Part shown: piece by piece, positions 25,701-37,506 of the stretch
How the letters are laid out: every line of letters starts with the position of its first letter
Position numbering within the stretch: position 1 is the first letter of the stretch
From: Octopus sinensis
Taxonomy: Eukaryota
Direction: 5' to 3'
Assembly (NCBI RefSeq): GCF_006345805.1
Contig: NC_043003.1
Coordinates: 111,290,001 to 111,354,000, forward strand
DNA length: 64,000 nucleotides
The notes under the pieces: model-generated
The model's database searches: none
What the model was told of the DNA's origin: nothing
Seen by the model: the letters and a program-made list of their open reading frames with translations, nothing else
Made by a program: the position numbers and the translations under genes

Positions 25701-26700
25701 ACGATGTTGAGCGACATCGAAGCAGAGTAAAACAGCTTAGGGTGGTAAATAAAAAATGCCGTGGAGCTATTGTTGAAACATATGAAGAGGACCAGTGTCA
25801 TCAAAACTTAAAATTGTGTATTGAAAGAAAATGAAATATTTTAAGAAGAAATGACCACAGAATAAAAAGCATGGAAGGGGAAAAACGTACGGTCAATTTG
25901 CAAGAGAAGTGAATGTGAAAACAGATACAGAGGACCGGTGGCTGTGGATGGAGAGGAGTGACCTGAAGATAGAAACAGAAGCACTCATATGCACAGCTCA
26001 AGTACAAGCGTTAAGGAACAACTATGTTAAGTGCAGAATTGGCAACGCTACTGACAGCAACAAATGCAGAATTTGTGGTGAGCGGGATGAAACGATATGA
26101 CACATCGTTAACAAAAGCCCAAAATTGGCAGAGCGCGAATTCATAAGACGCCATGACAATGTGGTTAAAATGACCCACTGGGAGCTCTGTGGAAATCACG
26201 GCCTACAAAGGGCAAAAACGTGGTATGAGAAAACCCTAGAGGAGTCACGGAAATGAGAATTTCAAAATCCTTGGGATGCAATGACCCAGTGCGATCATCT
26301 AAGTAGACATCGGAAGCCGGTGAATAAAGAGAAAGGGAATGCGTGATAATGGACATAGCATTCCCCGGTGATAAGAGGATCAATGTGTAAGAAGACGAAA
26401 AAAAACAACTACGAAGATTTGAAGTGGGGAATACGAAGTTAGTAATGAATGAGGAGAGTAGAAGTGATACCAATAGTCATTGGTGCAGTTGGAAGTATCA
26501 GTACTCAACTACCAACATGGCTAAAATAGATTGGTGCAAGTGTCGCGATAGAATATCTCCAAATATCGGTATTGCTTGGAACTGCAAGAATTCTTCGCAG
26601 GGTACTTGAAGCACAACCAGTAAACAAGAGTCAACTTGGTCTGCCGTCTGTGGACGGCTGATACTCTCCGTCATACACAGAACAATAGACTGTGAGTTTT
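25700..26700 (+). mobile_element. R4/Dong-like remnant 3 (3' ~1 kb)
   Basis: WLWMERSDLKIETEALICTAQVQALRNNYVK, KCRICGERDETI*HI, RRHDNVVKMTHWELC, MDIAFPGD, IVIGAVGS, LLGTARILRRVL. Confidence 0.8.
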
Positions 26701-26789
26701 CATCACATAATATCACTAATTATCATTGTTAAGAGGATCATCATCATTTATAATATTCACAAGATTCCCATCATCTTTAAACATCATCA

Positions 26790-27000
26790 TAGTGCTGGCA
26801 GAATCTTTAGCACGCTGGCCGAAATGCTTAGCGGTATTTCGCCCGTCGCTACGTTCTGTGTTCAAAATCCGCAGCGGTCGACTTTAGCTTTAATCCTGTC
26901 AGGGTCGATAAAGTAAGTACCAGTTACCCACTCGGGTCGATGCAATCGACATGTCCACTCTCCAAAAATTTCACGCTCTGTGCCTTTAGTAGAAAGGATT
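26790..27000 (+). mobile_element. tRNA-derived SINE (family C, Nin/Deu-like body)
   Basis: Head CTGGCAGAATC..GCCGAAATGCTTAGCGGTATTTCG..GTTCAAA, body GTCGACTTT.GCTTT.ATCCT..GGGTCGATAAA.TAAGTACCAGTT, tail ..GTGCCTTTAGTAGAAAGGATT followed by (ATC)n. Confidence 0.8.
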
Positions 27001-27104
27001 ATCATCATCATCGTTATTATCATCACCATGAAATACATAACAGCATTCAGAAAGTTATGAAAACTAATAAGTTATCGTCTATATGTTAAACCCCGCCTCC
27101 CTCA

Positions 27105-27141
<37 letters not shown>

Positions 27142-27669
27142 GTCGTCGTCGTCATCCGTATCATTATTGCTATGCCAACCTCATCAGTATTTTCTAGTAT
27201 TTTTTTGATAATCTCAGAATTATTTTCAGTAACCAGTTCCAGTGAAATTTGTGTAGTCGCTGTTAATTATTATTCTGCATATTTTCTAATTATTCATTTT
27301 CTGAAATTCCATTTGAAATTATTTTCTTTAATTTTCTGTTACATTCCAGTTGTTTTTGTTTTCAGTTACGTCTTCACCGCCTCGTTTCGTTTTCATGAAC
27401 CATTTTGCCAGTGCAGTATGAAAACTTTGCAGAAATTTCAATAAAATACTTCAGATAATCTTGATCTTTAGTATTCATTCACTTCGTCGTAAGTTTCTTA
27501 ATATTCTGAGAGTGTCTCACGTCCATGCATTGACAAAAAGCATTAATAACAAGTTTTAATTACTTTAACTGTCATAGAAACACACACAAGTGCTCAATCC
27601 AGCAATAACTTTTTTTTTAATTTTTGCATTAATTTTAAGCATTTTTTTAACAAATCAATATATGCGGGG

Positions 27670-27895
27670 GAGTTTGTTCCGTTTTCCGGTTTCAGTGGCG
27701 TAGAAATTCCCCACCTGGATGGGACGCCGGTCCGTCGCAGGATTACTCATTTTTGTCAGCAGAGTGGACTGGAGCAATGTGAAATGAAGTGTCTTGCTCA
27801 AGAACACAACGCATCGCCCGGTCCAGGAATCGAAACCACAACCTTACGATCATGAGTTCAACACCCTAACCACCACACCACACGCTTCCACCGCG
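27670..27895 (-). mobile_element. tRNA-derived SINE (CORE/Meta-like body)
   Basis: Reverse complement: TGGTTAGGGTGTTGAACTCATGATCGTAAGGTTGTGGTTTCGATTCC (box A/B), then GTGTTCTTGAGCAAGACACTTCATTTCACATTGCTCCAGTCCAC. Confidence 0.8.
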
Positions 27896-29826
27896 TGGAA
27901 GTTTATATGCAAACAGGAGTGAATTCGATTTTAAAAAATGAAATGTGAGGTAATAACGTTCACATTGTATCTGCAAAGTTACGTTTTCCTAGATATGTGT
28001 GACATCCAATTTGAAGGAAACGCTTAACAAATATTGGTATCGCTATTTATCATTTAAGGAAAGATACATGTATGCTAGCAAAGAAAATATTCGTAGCACT
28101 AGGAATTGATCAACGTATAAGTGATTCAGTATTTCTTTCAATAGATGCACAAAGGCTCGTAAGATGAGGAATTAGCTAAATTAATCTTGAATGGGTTGTG
28201 ATTAGGTGGTATAAAGATTCACCAACAGCCACGTGCTGCTGAATATTAACAGTGTCAGTTCAACTGAAATATACTCTGACAAAACCATTACAAGGGATCT
28301 GGGATATGGTCGCCTGTCTATAGACAATCATGTATTACGTTGTATTTTCAATGTAGTATCTAGAAGAAAAAATACGTTGGCAGAAGGCCAGAATATCCGA
28401 TGTTCTGCGTGGAATGAAGCAATTCGATTTCCTAGAATTAACTGTCAAATCTACGCCGAGTTACACTCGTCTGCTTTCAAATAATATATAGGTTATTTGT
28501 ACTGTAAGTTTAGATTCTTTGTAGCTGAAAATAGATAATCTCGGTCGGAGCTAATACGCATCTTAGCTACAATAGGGAATAGAAAATCAAAATTACCTTT
28601 GGAATATTCATCAGATTCGCAAAGAAATTCAAGGCGTATTTTTCTCAGTAACTCCAAACTGAAATTTGAGTTAGAATTTTACTGGAACGATCAATAGCAT
28701 ACTAGAGGTCCGTTTCCATTCTCACTGAATGTCAAATTTTGGTTAATTGCATTAGTTTAATTGAAATTTAAACAGTTCTAAAATTAAATAAATTGGTTTG
28801 GTGCAAGGAGAAAACCCTACGTTTTCAATTAGAAGCAACTTATTTTACTTTTTAACCTTTTAATCTCAGTAATAGCACATGGAAACCCATGAATATTTTC
28901 TCTCCATCTTACTAGTTTCTTCCTATGCATATCTTGAACATCGTAATATGGATCCACATTATTATTTATTATTTGAAATATAGATTGTGGCGTATTAGAC
29001 GAGTAAGTGCCATTCTAAATGTTACTCGTCATTTCCACCGGCGAATGTTAGTATGCGTGCGTAAGAATGACATACATGAAATGGATCCTTTACATTTCTC
29101 AAACATCATTTAGAAAAATTTCCAGAAAATCTATACCAACAACATACACGCCTATAATTACCATGCATAGCAATTAGATATTTTAACTACATTCCTAACA
29201 CATAGAGTAAAAACTACTTTCGGCTCTGTTACACAACCATAATTTACGTCAAATTTGAAAACCTATGATCACTTAATGAGTGTAATTGCTGATGAAGTAA
29301 TTATTTCTTTTCTTGATGTAGTTATCTGAAACACTGCCTTTTACGATAGACTGAACCCGAAGAAATTAAAACGAAAACCATAAAGTTTTCCAATTCAGTG
29401 GCTCCTAAACCTGTTACAGTATCCATTTATGTGTGTAACATGAGGAAGAATGTTATAAACTCTTATTAGCTGCAACAATTGATTCGACATATGTATTGTA
29501 AAATGAAGTAAAATAACAGCTGTATAAAGTCTATGTTTTAGATAGTAAATAATTGTCTCATTATATCTACAGAAATGTATATTTCAAAAGACCTGTTTCG
29601 ACTGAAAACATAGAAATATAAATATCGAAAAGAACATTGTTGACAGTTGTAAATTTATCACTTCATATTGCGTTTGTTGCGTATGCTTTTGAAAAAGTTT
29701 ATTGAATATAGCTTTGTTTCAATTTTATGACTATATCGAGACATAAGTTTTATGGTAACAAAGCATGCACATATGAATGAGGTAAGTAAACTGAGGGCAA
29801 GAGATGCCAATTAAATGCAAAAGCTA

Positions 29827-29867
<41 letters not shown>

Positions 29868-30200
29868 TTATACTTCATTTCATACATACGTAAGCACGGA
29901 CACCCACACGCACTTGCACATACACACACATGTAAGGGCACATGTACAGACACAAAATCACGTTACACACTTTATACACGTATCGATGTGAGAATATAAC
30001 CACCAACCCGTACGTATATTTATAAACAGTTAGGTAAGTGCATACAAATACAATACGTTTATAGAAAGTTGCAGAGTTTTAATACAGAAAAAAAATATTT
30101 GTTTTATTTAAAAAGCTACCTCGAAGGTAACAATAGTATTTGTTCCCGCTGCGTATGTTGGTAGCATTGGGGAATAAGTGATTATATAACACATATATAC

Positions 30201-30231
<31 letters not shown>

Positions 30232-30261
30232 ATATATATCTATAATATATACATGTCATAT

Positions 30262-30435
30262 TTATGGTTTGAGAAGTCACAGTTTGGTGACTTACTTTGT
30301 AAATCAGCCATGTGGTAGTCCTCAGATTAAGGTGGATAACGATGAGCTGGAAACTGTAGTGAATATGGGTACATCTCACACTGCGCCTGAGCAAGCATCA
30401 TGGTTTGATGTTTCGATGCCAAATTAATTGGACAC
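30262..30435 (+). mobile_element. mariner transposase N-terminal (HTH) fragment
   Basis: WFEKSQFGD then QPCGSPQIKVDNDELETVV..SHTAPEQASWFDVS resemble mariner WF.KF..GD..EPRGRP..VDNDEL...VE. Confidence 0.6.
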
Positions 30436-30554
30436 AATTCATATATGTCTATCTATATCTATCTTCTATCTATCTATCTATTCTATCTATAATCTACTAT
30501 TATCTATCTATATATATATCTATATATATATATATATACATTATATTAATATAT

Positions 30555-30622
<68 letters not shown>

Positions 30623-30624
<2 letters not shown>

Positions 30625-31922
30625 AAGCTTTATGAAAATAGAAAAAGACGAAGGCAGGTGGAAAACAAACAAACAATTGTATTAGTATGGCGCTCAGGAA
30701 ATATAAATAAAACAAGTCTTTAACGTTCGAGCCTACGCTTTTCAACAGAAAGATACACAGAGAAAAAAAAAACACAGAAAGAAGGAGAGAAAAAAATATG
30801 CGTGCAGTAACTAACGAATCAACATGGCGATCTGATTTCGGCCAGAAGTCAAAGATCAAACATGAGACGCGAGAGCGAAATTAGGGGGGATAATAGGGGT
30901 GAATGACCTACTCCAACATAAGGGTGTGTGTGTGTGTGTGTGTATGAGAGAGTATTAGTGCGTATGAGAGGTCTGGACGTGTGTATGTATATATGATGTG
31001 ATGTGTAAAGTCGTGTGGTGTAGTGTGGAGAGAGGAGAAGAGGGGGAGGGGAAGATGAGGGGATGAGAGGGGGAGGAGAGGAGGGGGAGATGGGAGGGGG
31101 AGAAGGAAGGGGAGGAGGACGGAGGGAGGAAAGAGGGAGAAGGGAGCGAGAAGGGGGTGAGGGAGAGAGAGGAATGGGAAGGGGAAGGAGTGAGGGAGCG
31201 AGGGAAAGGGGAGAAAAAGGGAAGGAGGGGAGGAGGAAAAGGGAAGAAGGGAGAGGGAAGGGAAGAAGGGAAGGGGAGTAGGGGTGAAAGGATGAAGGAC
31301 TGAAGAGAAGTAGGGGTCGGGGAAGGTAGGTGAGGAGGGGGAGAGGGGGTGGGTTAGATGAGGAGGGGGGAGAGTTGAGACCAAATGGCGTATAAGAGCG
31401 AAGAGAGAAGATTAATTCCTGTTCACGGCGCAAACGGAATCCGGATGGCCTCTGTGTAAGGAAAAACCGAACACAGACAGGTGTTTCAAGGAGTGACCGG
31501 TGGAGCGGAAATGGCGTGAGACCGGTGTGTCGTTCGCAAGGTGGATGTCACGAAGGTGTTCCGCGAACCGGTCAGCCAAGCGGCGTCCCGTTTGTCCGAT
31601 GTACAAGGAATGGCAGAGAGAGCAAGAGACGCATTAGATAATATTGCTGGAGGTGCAGGTGAAGGAGTTGATGATGCGATAGGGTCGATGATGGGTGCAA
31701 GTGAGGAGGGTGGTGTTGGAGAGGTAAGGCAGAAGTGCGGCAACGTGGGCGGAGCAGGGGACCGAGCCGGGTGGGAGAGGTAGGGTCAGGGAAGGAGCTA
31801 TGGAACTAAAATGCCTCGAAGGTTGTGGGCTCGTTTGAAAGAGGGGGGTCGGTTAGGGAAGCAGGTGTGAAGTGGACGGGTCGGACTGGAGATGACGGAA
31901 AGCTCGAAGACTGGTGCGTTGG
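30623..31922 (-). mobile_element. Penelope-like element, 5'-truncated: GIY-YIG endonuclease, CT-rich tract and terminal pLTR
   Basis: FRHLQSDPST..PRCRT..RPYRIINSFTCTSSNII*CVSCSLCHSLYIGQTGRRLADRFAEHLRDIH..PVSRHF is a Penelope-type GIY-YIG domain; flanked by (TA)n on both sides. Confidence 0.85.
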
Positions 31923-31957
<35 letters not shown>

Positions 31958-32964
31958 CGTAAAGGTGAGGATTTGATATAAACTTGAGAGGGTTAAAAAT
32001 ATCTATGATTAGACTGAGTGAAAACCTAACAAACTAGGCACATACATATATATTATTAATACTATAAAAAACATTATAGTTATTTATACTAATTTATAAC
32101 TATAACTATTTTCATAACTGTATGTATTGTAATTAACGTATATAGTTTTAACTTTGATGTTTTCACGTCCTTTGTAGTCCTTCCCTGACGATATTCTCAC
32201 TTGTAGTAATTAACTAACTTGAATTAGTTATATTAAATTATACTTGGTTGATTTTATGCTGCAACTGGGGAATTGAAAGAATTATAGGTCTGGTTTTCTC
32301 AATGTATTAATAAATATTTACTAAACTTATTTCCATCTTTTCTCTTGGTTTATATATATATATATATATATATACGCGCGCATATAAATATATGCATATA
32401 TATATATGCTTTGGGTAAGAGTTATTTAATGTAATCCCGATATATATATATAGCAGCAAGAAGTTGAAACTAGCCAAGAACAACACAGTTACGAAATAGT
32501 TAATCAGATAACATTACCTGCGTCAAATTAATTCATATATGCGCCTCTCCCGCCAGATCATTAGGCCTACATTATATAGCTTACGCCTATATTATCGATA
32601 TACATTTTGAAACCACGTAGCTCACAGTGGTAGCTAATATATATACTATATATATAATATTATTATATATTATAATTATGTATGTATATGTACGTATGTA
32701 TAAGGAAATAGAAAAAATGGAGGAACATGCATCAAAATTGACTTACACAGTATGTGTTCATAATTCAAGTGGAAAAATTATACAATTGGTGTATAGAAAT
32801 CTCAAATTTGCACCTACACAAGGAAAAGAAATGAAATTGAACTCCACCAACGTTTCACACACACACATGCGCGCACGCACACACACACGCACGCGCACGC
32901 ACACCACACACACAACATATATATATATATATTATATATATATATATATAATATATATATATAT

Positions 32965-32997
<33 letters not shown>

Positions 32998-33167
32998 ATA
33001 AAAAATATAGGGAATAATCCAAATTTACAGGGAAAAAAATCAGATTTAGGATTAAATCCAATTTTATAGTAAACTATATATAAATATTATAGAGACAAAA
33101 CCACTTATTTGCAAAACAAACAAGGAAACTTAATCAATACATAAATTTTAAAATAGTCAAAAAACCG

Positions 33168-33210
33168 CCACTACAATCGTTTCTTGTCTTGATCGACAAT
33201 CTTCAGGTGG
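33168..33210 (-). ncRNA. Type I minimal hammerhead ribozyme motif (left arm)
   Basis: Exact reverse complement of 33270-33312. Confidence 0.8.
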
Positions 33211-33269
33211 ACTTCCAATAAGTCAGTTTCAAATATGAAGTCATAATTTGAAACTGACTTATTGAAAGT

Positions 33270-33312
33270 CCACCTGAAGATTGTCGATCAAGACAAGAAA
33301 CGATTGTAGTGG
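33270..33312 (+). ncRNA. Type I minimal hammerhead ribozyme motif (right arm)
   Basis: CCAC-CTGAAGA-TTGTC gatcaa GACAA-GAAA-C gatt G-TA/GTGG: stem I CCAC/GTGG, 5-bp stem II, GUA triplet ending at 33308. Confidence 0.8.
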
Positions 33313-33406
33313 CGGTTTTTTTTGACTATTTATTAAAATTTTATGTATTGATTAAGTCTTTCCTTGTTTGTTTTGCAAAATAGTGGTTTTGTCTCTAATA
33401 ATATTT

Positions 33407-33444
<38 letters not shown>

Positions 33445-33449
<5 letters not shown>

Positions 33450-33895
33450 GCCGAAGCAACACGTATTTGTTCGTCTCCTGCGGCCATTAGGCACAACTTC
33501 ATAAGCCAGCCCCAAACTCAACTCGTCCTGTCGAAGACCCTTGTCCTACGTCCTGGTTTTGTTCTGTTTTTTTTATTTTTACCGTTATTGTTTTAAGTTT
33601 TTGTATTCTTATGGTGTCACGTATTCTGTTTTTTGTTCGTGTACTTCGTTCGTTATCCGTCCTCGTGTTGTATACATTCGAAGCTTTCTTCCATGGGATC
33701 TAATGCGCTTGGCTTAGATTTCCCATGGCGGGCTGCCCATATCGGAGCAATCTCAAGATTAATCAGCCGAAATTGCTAAGATGATCTGGTTCTTGACTGA
33801 TGACTGAGGGCTTCGAATGTCCCGTCCTGTGGTTCTTGTGTCGTCTCTGGGTGTTTCATGTTCTTGTCCATGTCTGTAATTATTTTACTGTTTAC
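33445..33895. repeat. GC-richer repeat-like segment between TA tracts, unassigned
   Basis: Composition shift bounded by (TA)n; no ORF; single copy in this window. Confidence 0.35.
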
Positions 33896-33924
33896 CTATA
33901 TCTATATATATATATATATATATT

Positions 33925-36355
33925 TGATTTTGATTTTGATTTTCCAGTTTCAGCTCATGAGCTGTGGCCATGCTGGGGCACCGCCATTTGGTTTGCTACA
34001 TCATTTACCTCCGAAAGCTTTTAAGCAACTGCCATTTGGTGCATGAGGAGTTCGAGCAGCTGCCTCATCTGCACCTCCTGCCGTGATTGAAGGTTCATCC
34101 GGGACTCCTGACAGGAAGAGATCCAGTCCTACTTTAAAGACATCCGCATCTACACCATGCAGGTCCCTCAGGTTTTTCGGGAGGATATTGAAGAGCGTGG
34201 GCCTCGGAAGCCCAGGCTATCACAGTATCTTGTCCTACATCTTGATGGAAAATTTGGAGTCCTTGGTACCACGCAGTGGCGCCCGGTTCTGGCATTTCTG
34301 TGACTCTCGATGCCAAAGTTTGGGACAAGTCCTTCCAGGATCTTCCAGATATATATTATGGCATATCTTTCTCGCCTACGCTCCAAGGAATAGAGTTTTA
34401 ATCTCTTGAGTCTTTCCCAGTAGCTTATATGCTGCACAGAGCCTATCTTCTTCGTGTAGCTTCGTTGGATTGCCTCAAGTTCTGTGATCAACTTGACACT
34501 GGATGGTGACCATAGCTGAGAGCAATAGTCAAAGTGGCTTAGGACAAGTGTATTCCAGAGGACAATCATGGTTTCTTGTTCTCTTGTTCTAAAGGTTCTA
34601 AGAATCCATCCGGCCAGCCGTCTACGTTTCATTGCCAGTTTAGCAACATGTACATGAAAGGTTGCGTCATCACCCATGTGAATACCCAGGTCACGCCCTG
34701 ATTGTGCCTCTGGGATTGCAATCCCTCCAGTGTATTCATTGGGTATTGCATTCAGTTTTGCATGCTGATAGCATAAAGCGTGAAACTGTTCAGCATTGAA
34801 CTGCATGCTATTCTTTTCAGCGCACTTGTATATTTTTTCCAGCTCACATTGCAGGTGCTTAGTGTCTTCAGGGTTCTGTATTGCCTGTGAAACTTTTGTA
34901 TCATCTGCATACCTTGTGATCGTGGCTCTCTGCGTGGCTGAGGGCATGTCTGAGAGGGCCATTATGAACAGTAGTGGTCCCAAAACAGTGCCCTGCGGAA
35001 CACCGCTCACTATTGGCGTGTTAATGGAAGTGGCCCCATTGGCTACTACCTCCTGACTTCTATCCTTCAGAAAGTCATGAAGCCATTCTCCCAATTTTCC
35101 AACTATGCCAAGATCACGCAATTTGTGACATATCATTCCATGATCGACTTTATCAAAAGCCTTTGCAAAGTCGAGATATATCACTTCCACATTTGAGTGG
35201 TTGAGCAGTTGTTTCAGCACCCAGTCATAGTGTTGTAGGAGCTGAGTTAAGCAGCTTCTTCCTGGTCGGAAACCATGTTGGGTGTCAGGCAGCAAGTCAT
35301 TTTCTTCAAGGAAGGTGATCAGTTTCCTTCTGACTATTTGTTCCATGACCTTGCTGATGTGTGAGGTCAGAGAGATAGGTCTGTAGTTCTTGGCCTCCGC
35401 TCTGCTACCTTCTTTATGAATAGGGCATATTTTACCTTCCATCAGTTTTCTTGGAAGTTTGCCAGTTGCAAGGAAGCTCTGAAAGAGAGACTGCAGTGGT
35501 CTTGCTAGGACTCTCTTACGTACTTTTAGAAGGATTGCCGGGAATTCATCGGGCCAGTAGCTGAGTTTGTTTTCATCTCATAGCCTTTATTACATCGTCT
35601 TCCTTTATATCGATGTAATCAATCATCGCCGCCTCTGACCCCATATCTGCAGTGGTGAAGAGGTCAGTTGGATTGCTGATTTGGAAATACCCAAGGGGTG
35701 GGGTGAAAACACTCTTGAATTGCTCATTTAGTATTTCACTTACCCTCATTGGATTTCCTGTGAATGTGCCATCCCTTTCAAGGAGTAGCCCTATCCTACA
35801 GTGCACCGTAGCTGTGTTCTTTGGCATACCTGTAGAAAATCTGGGGGTTAGATTTTATGTTGTCTATAGCTCAGGCTTCTTGTCTGTTCTTTCCTTTTCA
35901 TGGGAGAGTTGCAGACATTTTCAATTTCCAACAGTTTCATTTTCAGGCGGGACTTTTCACTTTGGGGATTTTGGGGATTTTGTTCTTGTGTTACAGTGGC
36001 TTTCCCTCTGGGACACATTTGTAGCAATGGGCTTGCATTACAGACATGATTGTTGTTGAAGTTTCATGTCGATGTCTGGCGAGGAGAGACATTCAGGCCA
36101 GTTTTGTTTGAGGATCTCTTTCTCAATTTGTTTCCAGTTTGCCTTATTGAAGTTCAAGCTGGAAAGATTCTGAGAGTTTCTTGTAGGCTGCATGTCCATG
36201 CATTCCTTTGGCCCGTACATGGTGAGCTCTACCATGTTGTGATCCAAGAGTAGTGTCGGTGTCACTTTCACATTATGGATGAAATCCATATTATTTGTGA
36301 AGCAGAGATCCAGTGTGTTACCTGCCCTGGTTGGTTGGAGTATTACTTGCTCCAT
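33925..36355 (-). mobile_element. CR1-clade LINE, 5'-truncated
   Basis: APE C-terminus (PTRAGNTLDLCFTN..LDHNMV) at 36038-36355, linker, RT ORF 34168-35442, and a 3' end with an (AAAATC)n tail at 33925-33945. Confidence 0.9.
34168..35442 (-). pseudogene. CR1-type reverse transcriptase ORF (424 aa open stretch)
   Basis: NYRPISLTSHISKVME, QHGFRPGRSCLTQL, YLDFAKAFDKVDH, SGVPQGTVLGPLLF, YADDTK, RDLGI, YCSQLWSP, YSLERRR. Confidence 0.9.
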
Positions 36356-37229
36356 ATATATATATATATACTCACACCCTCAAGCATAAGGGAACACACC
36401 AACGCTCACATAAATATGTAAATACATACAGATAGACAGACATAAATATCTATACAAACAACAAATCACACACGCAAACACACAAGAAACACACGCGCAC
36501 GCACGTACGCGCGCGCACACACAGATACATATGTAGATATATATATATATATATCTCCAGAAGATCTGAGCATTCATTCCATTCTTGTATCGAAATTTTT
36601 TGTATCCGAAAATAGAATTCCAAAATGCATCAGAGACGGAGAAAATAAGAAAATTAATTTAGTAAAGTGGACTTAATTCCCAAAACTTTGCTATTTCAGC
36701 ATATTGTGCCATCTACCTTACATATAGTCCACTACATCATATTTTCTATCATGCATTGCTCTCCATCTCCAACTATACTAACTGATCATGTTTTCTTCCT
36801 TTTCTCTCTTTCACTCTTATACACACACATTTTCTCTCTCTCTACACCTACTTCCGTTCTCTTCCATCTCACTCTTCTTCACTCTCTCACCATTTATTAT
36901 TCGTGTTTCTTCCATTGCCGTTACTCAGTTGATAGATAAGAGCGTGACATTGGACTAGCATTAGGATACATTGAAATCTTCTGAGACCAGCAACACAGTA
37001 GGTGACAAATTAGCGTTTTGATAATCAAATGCGGTAAAATAATATTCGTAGGTCGTATCACATCCCAAATATTACAATATTTACACACACACACACACGC
37101 ACGCACGCACGTACATGCACACACACACACACACACATGTATATATACATATATATATATACAATTTACATCCATCCATACATGCGTATGTATTTATACA
37201 TAAGAAAAATATACATACATATATATATA

Positions 37230-37269
<40 letters not shown>

Positions 37270-37415
37270 TAAAGCAATAAAGATTCAAGTTAATTAAATG
37301 AATTTACTTGAATATGGTACCTAACTTAGATGCACCAAAAAAAACTATACTGTTTTAACAATACAGTAATGTGGGGTGATTATAAGCGAGAAAGAAGCAA
37401 CAAGAATGGATAGGT

Positions 37416-37506
37416 TTTTAGTACAATCGTTTCATACAAGGACAGGCTTTATTAAATGTTGCAAAAATTACAGCATATAAACGTGTCCCGTACTCATCAG
37501 CTAAAA
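37416..37506 (-). ncRNA. Hammerhead ribozyme motif with extended stem II (left arm)
   Basis: Reverse complement of 39414-39504. Confidence 0.7.

Larger units (their letters stand above)
33078..33412. repeat. Near-perfect ~335 bp palindrome (centre 33239/33240) of Penelope-type terminal sequence
   Basis: Arms are reverse complements (AGAGACAAAACCAC... at 33091 vs ...GTGGTTTTGTCTCT at 33396) around a 2-nt spacer (ATGA-AG-TCAT). Confidence 0.9.

Noticed and set aside
29289-29345. CTGATGA...GAAA hammerhead-like spacing
   Set aside because: A stem II can be drawn, but there is no valid NUH site and no stem I complementarity.
30849-31433. Pro/Ser/Leu-rich 194-aa ORF
   Set aside because: The CT-rich low-complexity tract downstream of the Penelope GIY-YIG region.
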